Positions 29,057 through 41,700 of a DNA stretch of 49,937 bases are shown one piece after another; position 1 is the first letter of the stretch; each line of letters begins with the position of its first letter. Below the pieces are notes generated by a model. It was not told the DNA's origin and ran no database searches. It saw only the letters and a program-made list of their open reading frames with translations. The translations under genes were made by a program, and so were the position numbers. This stretch comes from Saprolegnia diclina VS20 (taxonomy: Eukaryota), in NCBI RefSeq assembly GCF_000281045.1, contig NW_008246103.1, forward strand, positions 305,851 to 355,787, written 5' to 3'.

Positions 29057-31865
29057 ATGGCCGTCGCAGCGCCCAGCGACATTGACATCGCGGTGCTCAC
29101 CAAGGAACTCGAGGTACGATGATGGCGACGCGAAAACGAGGATGCGCGCAGATATGTAGATTGCGTTTGCAGAGCAGCTCGTCAAGTGCATGGCGGTGGT
29201 TCAAAACGAATTTGACGCTGAGCGTGCGACGATGCTCCAAGTACAAGCACGCAGCTATGAGCACCTGCATGCAACCTTGGATATGTTCGTTGTTGCGCGT
29301 CTCTGTGAAGAGGGCCTCACATGCGCCGTAGCAAGCTAGCGACATGGCAGCGCGATATGGAGGCTCGGGTTGATGCCAAACTCGCGGACTTTCTGGTATG
29401 ATGCAAAACGCAATTCTCTGTTTGTCACGTTGACGTAGCGTGCCCTCACGCAAGCCCACCATGACAAGATGGACGAGGTACAAGCCTTCCTCATCACAAG
29501 GGGCGCTGCATGCGAGGAAACTAGGAAATACGGTCGCCCAGTGTGGTCAGTGACGCGCCATCGTCGACGATGGAGAGCGTCGAATTGGACCATCTCTTGT
29601 GTCTCTCGGACGGCGAAGGATCTCAACCTGTCGACGATGTATGCAGCGAGAGGGACGACGACAATTCGCCGCGACGTTTTGCGTCGTCTCGGCGCTCATC
29701 AGTAGCGTTTGGCTCATCGAACAGCATGCACGAAGTGGCGATAGCCTCGCTGCATCCTCAGCACGAAGAGCACAAGAACGGCGTTGTAGAGGAGCTTTCC
29801 GAGGCGCCATCCAACCTCTCATCGACGCCAACAACCACTGCACTCGTGACGGAATTGTCAGCGCTTGGTCCAACAGCTCTTGTCCAACCTCTGGAAGAGA
29901 CAATAGTCGCTACCCCGCCCACCGCGCTCGAATTGATGCCGCAATGCAATGCGTCCGAGGTCTCTGCGCCACAGCATCCTCTTGGTGGCGAAGAAAGCAC
30001 GATCTTGTCCTTAGCTGCAGACGCGGAGGTCTTGACCAATGACGCAGCGTCGGTCATAGTCGACGGCGTCGACGCGCCGACGGCTATCGAACTGCACGTG
30101 ACCGCCCATGTCTTGCAAATGCTACATGCGTATCCACAAGTGTCGGTCACCGACTGCCTCACAGGTGTCACTTTGTCCTCTCGGAGCGAGATCGCGGCAC
30201 ACGTTTCCGCGCTTGCCCATGGCCTCGAATGCATCGGGTTTGGTTGCTATGACAGTCTCTTGGTGCTAAGTGCATCGCCGCTACGGTTTGGACTCGATGG
30301 ACCATACGTATGCTCATGGCGATCGTAGCACACTCTGCCTCGTGCTTGCAGCTTGGATGGTCGGTGGTCGTGTCGAGTTTTGGCTCTCAGGGCAACTTGC
30401 TTTACCGCCACAAACGAGTGCGCTGCGCCCAACGTATGCCTGCGTCGATCACATGGAAGAGGGTGTCCACATCAAAGTCCTTTTACCGTCCATCAAGGTA
30501 CAATTCTGTGTGCTAACAGATAGGGTACATTGTTTGAACGCCGCAGGTGATCTCATTGCGAGACAACGTCGCCAAGGCGGACTTTACCTACGCGAACTTG
30601 GTACAGCCGACGATGATGGCAACCCATGGCGTACGCAGCACAAGAAGCGCCAAACACGAAAGTTTATGGTCTGCGTAGCGGCCGCCTTGTCTGTCGTTGG
30701 ACATTGCGATCGTTTTGCATACACACGACGCCATCACGCAAGCTTGGAACGTCCACGAACAAAGCCACAAGGACGTCATCGAAGGCCTTGACGCGACTGC
30801 CGCGCACTGTGCTACGCTGCTCTGTCTCTCGATGCAAACGCCGATTGGACTGTTCGTCGGCGCGCTCTCGTCGCTCGTGCAAGGCAGCCGCCTTTGTCTT
30901 CTCGAGTCCACAAGTGTCTCTGGGCCCGTCCTCTCCAAGTTGCTCTTGCTCCACCAGGTAGGCTTCGATATTCTATTTTTGGATTTTTCGATATGACGTG
31001 GCACCCTATGGTGTGCGCACGAGTTTGCCGTTGGCTCACGTCAGGTGTTTGTAGCCCAAACGTCTTGTGCTGAGTAGTATGCACGTGATGCATTTGGCCA
31101 AGGTCGGCGAAGCCATTGCTTGCGTCGACGTCGTCGACTGTGTTGGGACGTCAGTGCCGACGCTGCCCCGCGCGCTTCGAAGCCTCCACACGGCAAGCAG
31201 CAAATTTCAGCCCTGCCTACGCTTTCGCCGCGTCTTTTGCGGGCCCACAAGCATCTACACGGCGTCCGACCCGATGCTGCTGCCGATTGCAGCTCCCCTA
31301 GTGCATTCAGTCGGGTTGCCAGTGTCGTCGTTGATCGTCCTTCGCATCCAAAGCATGACCACGGACGAAGTCCTTGGACCAAAACAGGTGTGTGTCTTGG
31401 GTAGTTGACAACCTCGATGAAACGTATGAGCAGGTCGGTGAAATGTGCGTCGGTGCGGACGATGGCCAACGTCTCGGTGTCCTTGCCTACGTCGATGCAG
31501 CACAGCAGCTGCACCTCATCGGATCCAAAGACGGCATCCTCAAGCTCGGCGCCGAAGCGACAACTGCACTCGAGATTGAAGAAGTCGTCGCTTCGCATCC
31601 CCTTGTCGAAGACGCCGTCGTTACGTGCAGAGACGGCCAGCGCCTTGTCGCATACGTCAAGCTGGCCGCGGCCACGCTAACATACTCGGCGGACGCTCTT
31701 CGCAGCATCCACGCCTATGCGTGCAAGCAGATACCAACGCCCAAGCAGTTTCATCGCCTTGTGGCTGTCGACAACATTCCGCGCGATGTCATGGGCCACG
31801 CGTACCGAGCGCTTGTCCTCGACGACGCCAACGCCCTCCAGCATCTCGATGCCACACAACGTTAA
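29057..31865 (+). CDS. Divergent adenylate-forming (acyl-CoA synthetase/4CL-like) protein with a helical and acidic N-terminal extension
   Basis: Exons splice in frame where traced. VTDCLTGVTLS...VSALAHGLECIGFG marks the AMP-binding N-region. C-terminal GVLAYVD...LHLIGSKDGILKLG...LEIEEVVASHPLVEDAVV...LVAYV...VDNIPRDVMGH follows the AMP-binding C-domain pattern. Confidence 0.72.
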
Positions 31866-32692
31866 GGTTTTCATAAAAGCAATCGCGATATATGCAGGGT
31901 ACGCAAAACTTGAACGAAGATGCATTCTGTATGTAGTTAGCAGCTATATCGATGAACGACAGGTTGACTGATGGCTCAACCCAAGAAGAGTTCAGTTGGC
32001 ACACCGCAGCAGCTCCAAAGGAGTGCAGCTGCAGTCCACGACTCCCCTCAAGTTTCTCAAAGTCACGCCGGCATGTCCACGGCCAAGGGTCAATAACCTG
32101 TTTATTGACCCTTGCCATGGCCCAATGACGATGGATTGTCTTTGCTGGGGACGTTGCATTACCTCCTCCCACGGTCTAATGTAATGATTCGTAACGTTAT
32201 TTCCAGTGAAAAGTGCAACTGCGAAGACAGAAAGCCCCTTCACCAAGAAGGTCCTCGTGGGGTTTTGCGCTAAAGTCCCACGGTCACGCCAATAAGGACG
32301 CAAACGCGGCTCGCATTGGGTCATGACATGCGGCACATAACGCAGCACAGCCTCCGTTGTTTAGCGTGCCGTTCTACGTCACTCGTATCGCTTAAATGCA
32401 AGGGTGTCGACGATTATGCAAATTAGAGCCTTCCACCCAAGCAATCACTGCAACACTACACCAAGCGTCTATATCCAAACGACAAGACTTAACTTAGATA
32501 GTCCCAAAACCTACAGTACTGAAATTGGATTGACAAACTTGGTGAATTTCTGGCCCACAAAAATGTACCCACGTCCACATTTGGTTCGGCCATCCGGTGT
32601 GGATGCCACGTTGCGTGATTCTAGTCGACCCATCTGATCTCGCGCCAGTCACTTGCTCCCGTTCCCATTTTGCTTTTGCGCCGACTCCAAGC

Positions 32693-33421
32693 ATGAGCCA
32701 CTACGCGGTTGCAGGCATCCTGTACTTTCTGACGCACCCGAGTCTCTGGCTCACGACGCTCTGCCCCATGATCATGACGATCATCGTCGGTATCGTGTCG
32801 GTCGTTGTGCTCATCAGCGCCGGCCTCTACCCGCAAGCGTATGGCCTCGAGGAGGCCGGTCTCTCAGCGACGTGGGCATGGGTCCTCGCCATTTTCCTCG
32901 TCGTGCTCGAGATCTTCCTCGTCGTCCTCATCTACTCGCAAACGTGCACGCCCTGCTTCATGGACGCCATCTTCGAAAAGACGCTCAAGCTCCGCGGGTT
33001 TACCGACCTCGTCGAGAACAGCGAAGCGCACTCGGGCTGCGGCCGCGCCTGCCGTGCGTGCTGCAAGGTGAGCTGCCTCTCGCAAATCTTCATTTTGATT
33101 GTGACGTTTCCGCTCAACTTTATCCCGATCATTGGCACGATCGCGTACGTCTACCTCAACGGCCGCTTCAAGGCCTGGGAAGAGCACCTCCTGTACTTTG
33201 AAATGCGCGGCATGAAGTACGAAGACCAGAAGGACATTATTGACGCGCGCAAGGTCGAGTACGCATCGTTTGGCATGCAGTGCATGTACCTCGAGCTGAT
33301 TCCGTTCTTCGGCTTTATCTTTTTGTTTACAAATACGGTCGGCGCGGCGCTTTTTGCTGCCGACATTGAAGAGAGTCTGCGAGCCCAAGAGAACGGCTAC
33401 GTGCATGCTAAGGCCGTCTAA
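32693..33421 (+). CDS. EI24/CysZ-family membrane protein, copy 1
   Basis: Multi-TM protein with GILYFLTHPSLW, DAIFEKTLKLRG, PLNFIPIIG, YFEMRG, and YASFG...LELIPF...TNTVGAALFAADIE. Confidence 0.85.
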   Translation: MSHYAVAGILYFLTHPSLWLTTLCPMIMTIIVGIVSVVVLISAGLYPQAYGLEEAGLSATWAWVLAIFLVVLEIFLVVLIYSQTCTPCFMDAIFEKTLKLRGFTDLVENSEAHSGCGRACRACCKVSCLSQIFILIVTFPLNFIPIIGTIAYVYLNGRFKAWEEHLLYFEMRGMKYEDQKDIIDARKVEYASFGMQCMYLELIPFFGFIFLFTNTVGAALFAADIEESLRAQENGYVHAKAV

Positions 33422-34166
33422 TTTTCTATATGAATAAAATGTCGTCTCCATCTTCCCTTCAGTTACAACCTCCTTTTAAACCGCACGCAAGCTGGGCTCA
33501 GAGTTTGCAAGGTTGCTCCCAAAACAAAATGTTTCGAGACATTACAGAATGTAGAGCAGCCTTGCTACGGGTGTCCTTCGCATGCCTGCTCTGTACACGA
33601 CAGCGAGGTCTTTTGGCTGCTCTTTTGGTACGACGCCAAGGACCAAGCTCGGATCTTGCTGCCACGCAGCTGCGCGCTGTGATTGGTGCGATCGGGCCAA
33701 TCAGCGCGCGGGTCATGCCATCGCGCACTAAAAACACCACCCTTAATTGACATGGTCCCGCGTTTGCGACGTTGCCCAGAGGCAACCTGACATCTTTACG
33801 ACAGAGCACTTAGGAGGGAGGTCAGCGCTTTCCATCGAGATACAAGACATATCTTTAACGTGGCGGTGTTCCTGCTCCCGACGGTACGTCACGCCCATTA
33901 CCGCTGTCATTATATTCTATTATTCCGGTACGAGACCTCGTCGCACGACCAGGCACAAAAAAGCCCGCAAGCAAAGTACTTAGGGCATGCAAGAACCAGC
34001 GTATTATTTGCTTCGCAGGTCTATGCATATCCTTCGTGAGCTTGCACCAAACGCAAACATGATTCGCTCGCGCCATAAGGACTCTTCGATGCGAGTTGCG
34101 TGTAGCTAGACTATACACACACCGGATAACGTCGTTGCCAGTTTGCATTTGCCCGACCCAAGCGCG

Positions 34167-34904
34167 ATGAGTCACTACGCGGTCGCGGGCATCCTGTACT
34201 TTCTGACGCACCCGAGTCTCTGGCTCACGACCTTCTGCCCGCTGCTCATGACGATCGTCATTGCGCTCGCGTCCGTCATCACGCTCTTCAGCGCTGGCCT
34301 CTACCCGCAGGCGTACGGCCTCGAGAAGGCGGGTCTGGCCGCGGGCTGGGCATGGGTTCTCGCCATCTTTCTCGTCGTGCTCGAGATCTTCCTCGTCGTC
34401 CTCATCTACTCGCAAACGTGCACGCCGTGCTTCATGGACGCCATCTTTGAAAAGACGCTCAAGCTCCGTGGCTTTACTGAGCTTGTCGAGAACAGCGAGG
34501 CGCACTCGGGCTGCGGCCGCGCCTGCCGCGCGTGCTGCAAGGTGAGCTGCCTCTCGCAGATCTTCATTTTGATTGTGACGTTTCCGCTCAACTTTATCCC
34601 GATCATTGGCACGATCGCGTACGTCTACCTCAACGGCCGCTTCAAGGGCTGGGAGTACCATCTCTTGTACTTTGAAATGCGCGGCATGAAGTACGAAGAC
34701 CAAAAGGCGGTTGTCGACGCGCGCAAGCTCGAGTACGCGTCGTTCGGCATGCAGTGCATGTACCTTGAGCTGATTCCGTTCTTTGGCTTTATCTTTTTGT
34801 TTACGAACACGGTCGGCGCGGCGCTTTTTGCTGCCGACATTGAAGAGAGTCTGCAAGCGGAAGACCACGGCAATGTCCACGCCTCGGCCGCCAAGGTAGT
34901 TTAA
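34167..34904 (+). CDS. EI24/CysZ-family membrane protein, copy 2 (tandem paralog)
   Basis: Same motifs as copy 1 and near-identical over most of its length. Confidence 0.85.
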   Translation: MSHYAVAGILYFLTHPSLWLTTFCPLLMTIVIALASVITLFSAGLYPQAYGLEKAGLAAGWAWVLAIFLVVLEIFLVVLIYSQTCTPCFMDAIFEKTLKLRGFTELVENSEAHSGCGRACRACCKVSCLSQIFILIVTFPLNFIPIIGTIAYVYLNGRFKGWEYHLLYFEMRGMKYEDQKAVVDARKLEYASFGMQCMYLELIPFFGFIFLFTNTVGAALFAADIEESLQAEDHGNVHASAAKVV

Positions 34905-35958
34905 ACCGTAATCAAGACTGTCGATAGCTCGAAGCGTGGCCTTGGACATTAGGAGGGTTGGACTTGGTTAGTCCATGTCTGCACGACTACGAGTGCTTGG
35001 CCCTCCACGAGTGGAGCCCGCAGCTCGTACAATAGAGAGCTGAGAATCAAGAACGTCGAGTTTAGGACTTCCTATTGCGCTTTTGAACTGAGGCGGAACA
35101 TCTTGCACCTTCCTGTCTGGGTATCAACTTACTAATAGAGCCAGCCACAACATCCCCGACCAACACCATGAGGGCCAAGCAGCAAGAGTGTCTTGCGCCA
35201 CGTCAAACATACGCCAGGAGCTTACGCCACGTGACCGCATCGATTCTTTGTTTGAAATTTCTCCCAAGTTACTGTACTGCGGAACACTCAGTACTGTGAG
35301 GCAGCGGATTGGCCAATTGATGCGTGGGACCACTGTGCGGAGCGGGATGTGCAGTGGACCAATTGTTTTAGTTCTCTCGGAAGAAACGAAGCGGTCACCT
35401 CTGATGCGAGCTCTACGCAGGCACGACCGTGCGCTCTCGCATCAGCCTCCTTCGTATGGTTCCGTCGTCTGGACCATAACATTGAGGCCATTGCGCTAGG
35501 ATGCAAGTGTCGTACTCGCCGTCGGAGGCCAGCGCAACACACACGTCGGCAGAGAAGAGTCTCAATGCCTTGTCGCAAAGACGCGCATTGCACCAAGGAT
35601 ACTCGTTGAATGAGGTCCTGCCGACCTACCTCAGATTACTAGTAGAACAAGAGCAGGACAGAAGAGCGGCGTTGCGCCGATGGAAACCTAACCCGCTTCG
35701 TACGACGACACCATGGTGAACATCACCAGGTTCTTGTTTCTTCAACTACACGATGACCTACAGCCATCGAGCAAAATGCGTAGTGCAAAAGCTCTAGTGT
35801 CCACAGAATGGGGCAGCTGCAAAAGCAACAATCCAGTAAATGGAAGGCGATGAGAACCTCGTTTCGGCTACTCGGACTTCAATATATATATTGTACTGCA
35901 ACTGGTCTTCTCCACCGAAGCGACGCGCGCACGATTATTTTTCGTTTGGCTGCCTCCC

Positions 35959-38175
35959 ATGACTGTCGACTACTTTGAACCTGTGACCCCGCGCTCCGAG
36001 ACGGACGTATCGACCTCCGCTGACGCGATCGCGTCGATTCCAGCCCACGCGATTGGCATTGCGCTAACCGCGCGCAAGCAGCTACGAGGTCATTTTCTGA
36101 CGCTGCCCGTGCCGCTGTTGCTCTTTGTCGCGTTTATCGCGATGGTACTGACCCACACGCCGATCCAACGGGTCTACATGGCCAACCACGGTGTCGCCAC
36201 GACACTCAACCCCAAGGCGGTACGACAATATTATCCATGTTTCTAGTGCTAAGTATCAGTAGGACGTTGTGCAGTCCAAGACGGTGGTGAATTTTATGAA
36301 AATCCGGTCGCTTGACGACATTCCGCGCTGGGTCAACAACTCGGTGCTCCCCGCGCTCTTTACAAACACGTCGCTGAACGGTACGCAGCCCTTTGCGATA
36401 CCCTGACACGATAAATGACGCAATGTGTCGCATACAGGCTCGGTTTTGCCGCGCGAGCTTCGCGGCCGCGTGAGCTCGTACCATGCGCTCGTTGGTGCTG
36501 CGACCTTCTTGACATTCAACACCAACGCGACCGAGTGCCCGAGCGCGACCGACCTTGCCGCCAACTACGGACCGTGCTATGACTTTGATGTCGAAATCGA
36601 CGTCGACACGCCGGGCCCGCTGAGCTGGCGCAACATGCGCTACATTCCGTGGAACTCGCTGTACATTGCGGCGGCGAACCCCGACCCGTATGGTCGCTGG
36701 CAGCGCTGGCTCCGAGAGAGTGCGCAGAAAAACTATGGTCTCTCGATCACGACGCGCGAGTTTGTCGTCAAGATCACAACGTACAACGGCCAGCTCGACC
36801 TCTTTACGTACCAGCGCTTTCGCATTGAGGTCGACGAAGGCGGCGCTTGCAACCCGAGCTACAAGGTGCAGAGCATCCCGACCAACCCGTACACCACGTC
36901 GCATCTCAACCTTGCACTCGACGTTCTCGTGTGGCTGCTCGTGCTGTACGTGCTCTTTCGCCGCGTCAAAGCGCTTCTGCGCCAAGTGCGAGGCCACGTA
37001 CCGTGGTCGTGCAGCCTCGGCATCGCGCTCGTCGAGTGGTGCTCGATCGCTACCGTCGCGCTCTACTATGTCGCGTGGTTTCACATTTGCACCAAATTCT
37101 TCAACTCGGGCCTCGAGACCCAGCTGCGGACGCTCAACTCGTTTTATGACGAGTTGTACTTGCTCCCCCTCGAGTCCAACCAAACACAGCAGCCTGGTCA
37201 AGACTACCAGCGCCACCGCATGGAGTCCAACACGCAGCCGGATTTAACGGCCCTCCTCGACTCGTTTGGCGGCGCGATCAACTTTGTGTACGTCGTCTCG
37301 ATTGTCGCCTGTCTCCAGCTTGCCATCCAGTACGTCCTTGCTCTGCTGTGTTGGCCGTCTAACGATCATATGACAATATGATAGTGTCTTGGCGGCGTTC
37401 CAGTTCCACCCGACGATGAACGTGTTGACCAACACGATCGTGACCAGCATCAAACGCCTTGGATCGTTCCTCTTTGTGTTTGGGCTCGTCGTCCTCTCGC
37501 TCGCAACGTCCGGATGCTTGCTCTTTGGCCCTCAACTCGAGGAATTTAGCAGCCTCGACAAGTCGCTGGTCACGTGCACCAACATGCTCTATGGCGGCTT
37601 GAGCTACGAGCTCATCAAAGACGTCAACGACCTCGCCATTGTGTGGTTCTGGGCGAGCCAGTCGATTGTCTATATGGTGCTGGTCAACATCATGCTGGCG
37701 GTCGTCATTACGTCACACCAAGAGATCGTCGCCATCAACTTTGCGTACGTCCCACCACACAAGGACAATATTGTTGTTGACGCAGAGACAATGTAGCAAA
37801 CGGTCGTTTGTGGACGAGTTCTTTCTCGTGCTGCGCGACGTTCTCAAGATCTACCTCTTGCGCCGCCCCGACCTCTTCCAGAAGCTCACCGATCGCATGC
37901 CGTTCGAGCCGCACCGCAACGTGTGGACCGCCGATGACGTGGCAGCGACGCTTGTCATCTCCAACCTGCGCGCCACGCGGCTCATCCGCAAGCTCGAGCA
38001 CTACGCCACCTCGGTCGACGTTGACGAGCCGTCGGTGGTGCGCTCAACAATGTTGGATGCGCGCAGTGCACCGTGTGGTCATTGCCACGAGATGGAGACC
38101 AAGATGCAAGCCATGGACGCCAAGCTCGCCTTCTTGATCGAGCACCTCACAAAGAAGCCGTCGTATCTCGTCTAA
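35959..38175 (+). CDS. Polycystin-2 (PKD2/TRPP)-like cation channel (multi-exon)
   Basis: S1 helix, large loop (IRSLDDIPRWV, ITTYNGQLDLF), S5-pore-S6 region FHPTMNVLTNTI...GCLLFGPQLEEFSSL...MLYG...LVNIMLAVV, and a C-terminal coiled coil. Confidence 0.85.
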
Positions 38176-38737
38176 GTGTATTGGAATCGAATGCATGTAC
38201 CAAATGTGAGGTCGGTGCGGTCAATGGACAAAGCGACGTGGCACCAAGCATGTGTTGTTTAAGCTCCACTGAGTTTAAGAATAAATAAATACAGTAGAGG
38301 TCAGCAGCTCAGCTAAGTAGAGGTACTCTTGACTAGGAACCACCGACGACGTGCCTGCTCACCGGCTCTGGTGCCGAGGAGCGCAGAGCTGTCTACGATC
38401 GTACACCAAGCACGATAGTATGGCCGAGTAAGTGCAGAGAATGCACGGTCGCACAACCTCAAATCGCCAGTGATATCACTTGAAGTTGCTCCGTTGTGGA
38501 CTCGTTATACCTCTATAAATAAATAGTTATCATTTGGCCCGCCATTAACCTGTCACAATCGATTGCACGGGATTGCGACGGGCGCTTGTGTCAGACGCAC
38601 GCCACGCAGTTTGCATTTTAACGCAAGCTGCTACACGCAGTTTGTATTTTGACGCAAGCTACTACACGCATCGGTACCTTACACGAATGGTCCACGGCAC
38701 TTGGTGAAGGACGCTCTACACTATAGACAAGACGACA

Positions 38738-41700
38738 ATGCCAAGTCGGAAGCTGCTGGAGGCTGCGGCGAGCGGCCAAACCAGTCTTGTTGCGGAGCAA
38801 CTCGATAACGGCGCGGATCCCAACACTGTCGATCAGGTTCACACGCCGACCATCCATGTCGAGCTACATCCATGTCGAGCTACATACTAATACGCACCGA
38901 ATAGTATGACAACCCGGTGCTCGCGATTGCGGCGATGCACGGTCACGTCGATGTCGTGTCGGCGCTGCTGGACGCCGGCGCGACCGCCGATGCGTTGGAT
39001 GCGGTACGACCGATATCGGTCCAGAAGAATGTCTGCATCACCACCACTACTATGTCGCGTAGATGGCTGCACCGCCGCTCTTTCGCGCCGCGCAACTAGG
39101 GCACAAGGACGTCGTGGCGCGTCTGGTTGCCGGCGGAGCCAATGTCAACTTTCAGCTGGCAGTAAACAGCTTGCATTCATTGTATCGTCAGCGTCACGAT
39201 GGTCCGTAGAGCGGAACAACCGCCTTGACGGAAGCCGCTGCCGCTGGACGCAGTGAAACGGTGCAAGCGCTTTTAGCGGCCAATGCCAATGTCGCACTGC
39301 ACGATCGGGTACGCGCACCGCGCACATCGATTCATACCACACAAAGCCACCGCCACATAGAATGGCACAACGTCTCTGATGGCGGCCGCTGCGAGCGGGA
39401 ACGTGGACGTCGCGTCGCAGCTCTTGCGTGCCGGCATGAGCGCCCGCGACGCCAATATGGTGGGAAAGCCATACACACATCAGGAGATGACTTTGGGTAG
39501 GAGGGTATCACGGCCATGCATTTTGCGGCCATGAGTGGCCGCGGCGCAATGATGCACGTGCTTGCGAGCGCGGGTGGCGACGTCAACGCCGCTTCATTGG
39601 TACACGTCCTAGCCATATCGGCATTTATCATCATATCGTCGCGCTAGGATGGGACGACCGTGCTACGGTGCGCAGCGACGGGCGGGCACGCTGCCGCCGT
39701 AGAGGCCCTCCTCACGTTGGGTGCCGACGCCAATGACGGCTCGGCTGTACGTACGAGGTTTCGGGTGACCAAGTGCCGTCACGTCGCGTAGACGAACGTG
39801 CCGTCGCTTGTCGTGGCAGCCGGGGGTGGCCACCTGGAGGTTGTGGACCTGCTCCTACAAGCCGGCGCCGACATCAATGTGATCGAACGCCGGGTATGAC
39901 ATACCACAGCGTTGTTCGATAATGTCATGGAGTCTGTAGACGGGTATGACGGCGCTGTATATTGCAGCGTCCGGTGGCCACGAGGCCGTTGTGCGCCGAC
40001 TGGTCTACGCGGGTGCGGCGCTGGACACGGCAGCCAACGTGCGTCAACGAAATAGAGTCATCCGAGGAATGCACGGACTTGCGTAGAATGGACTGGTGCC
40101 GCTCACTGCGGCCATGGCCAACAACCGGTCGGCAATTGTCCACTTGCTTCAAGCGTTGCGTGTCGAGGTAGCACCTTCTACCTCCATGGAGGTCTCGACT
40201 GCAGTCGGTGTCCTGCTGTAGAAACGGACCTTGCTCCATGCAGCGCGCCAAGGCGACGGTGAAGGCGTCCTTGCGCTGCTAAACAAGGGCCTCAGCGCGC
40301 ACGAGGTGGACGAGGTACGACGCGGTTCTGCGCTCTGCTTTGCACGGTTTACACCTTTACGACGCCTAGTATGAGAACACGCTCGTGCATCTCGCGGTCC
40401 TTGGCGGGCACCACGATCTGCTCACCGAGCTGCTTGCGCGACCGGGGATGCCAACCACGTATATCAACAAGGTTTGTAAGAATCTCTACGGAATCTTCGT
40501 CTGTCATGCTTGGCGGTGTAGTTTGGCGAATCGCCCATGATGCTCGCCATCAAGATGGCTGCCGACGACATGGTGCGCTTGCTGCATACAGCCCAAGCGA
40601 CAACAGCTCCCCTTGTACGCCAGTCGTTCTTCTTGCAATCCCATGTGCTGAAAGGAAACGTAGGTGCCTCGTCGGTCGCCGCCGCCGATGGCACGGTTGG
40701 GCGCCGGTGGCTATGGCATTGTGTTCAAGGACACGCTGGACGGCGTCGAGGTGGCCGTCAAGATGCTCAAGAACCAAGGTCTCCGGGCCGATGTTTTTCG
40801 CCGCGAAATCAACGTCATGAAAGCGTACGACCAAGTGGTTGGCGTCCGCACTCAGTCGCTGTGTAGCAATCCATCGCTGTACGTGGTGCGGCTTGTGGCG
40901 ACGGCCGACGAGGACGCGGACCCGCAGCTTTTCCTCGAGTTTATGGATGGCGGCGACCTTGGGTCGCACCTTGACGCAGAGTGGAACCAAACGCCTGTTG
41001 CCGTCGGGTACTCGCACCTCGAGGTCGCGTGGGTCGTTGCAAACGCGCTCAAGGACCTCCACGCACGAGGCATTGTGCACCGGGACATCAAGACCCAAAA
41101 CATCCTTCTCTCGTCCAGCCATTACATCAAGGTCGCCGACCTCGGCATTGCCAAGCGCGTGGCGACGCACATGACGACGGGCATCGGCACTACTGAGTGG
41201 ATGGCCCCCAAAATGTTTACGTCGGGTCCAGAGACGTACGGTACCCCCGTCGACATTTATGCCTTTGGGATTCTCCTCGAAACGCTGTTTCCGGACGTCG
41301 TCGAGCAAGAGAATACCGCGTGGTACGCTGCGCTCGCCAAGTGCTGCAAGGCCACAGACCCAGCGGATCGTCCCACAGCAAGCGACCTTGTCGACGTGTT
41401 GCGCCCCGAGTTGCTCGCCAAGTAGTGTTCCAACTGCGGCGCCGCTCCGACACCCAAGTCTTTCCGTAGGCAATCCGAGCTCGTCTTGTCGCTGCGGACG
41501 TTCCGGGACGACCAGGTACGGTGCTGCCTTTGGGGACAGAACGGCAAGATGATTGTTCCGTAGTTGCGCGCCGCACCGGAAAGCAACACCTTGGTGCAGC
41601 CCCAAGTCGAGCCCGAGCCCCGAGTCGCGTTCAAGCCCCAGCCCGCCCCACGTGTTCTTCTGGTTGGAGCTCACACGCGATACAACGTGCGTCTTACCTT

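Noticed and set aside
33672..33709. Imperfect palindrome GCGCGCT(GT)GATTGG...CCAATCAGCGCGC
   Set aside because: Explained by two inverted CCAAT boxes; no evidence for a MITE or structured RNA.
38851..38885. 16-bp tandem duplication CATCCATGTCGAGCTA in the first intron of the kinase gene, and the 21-bp duplication at 47617
   Set aside because: Two adjacent copies with no spacers: local slippage, not CRISPR-like arrays.
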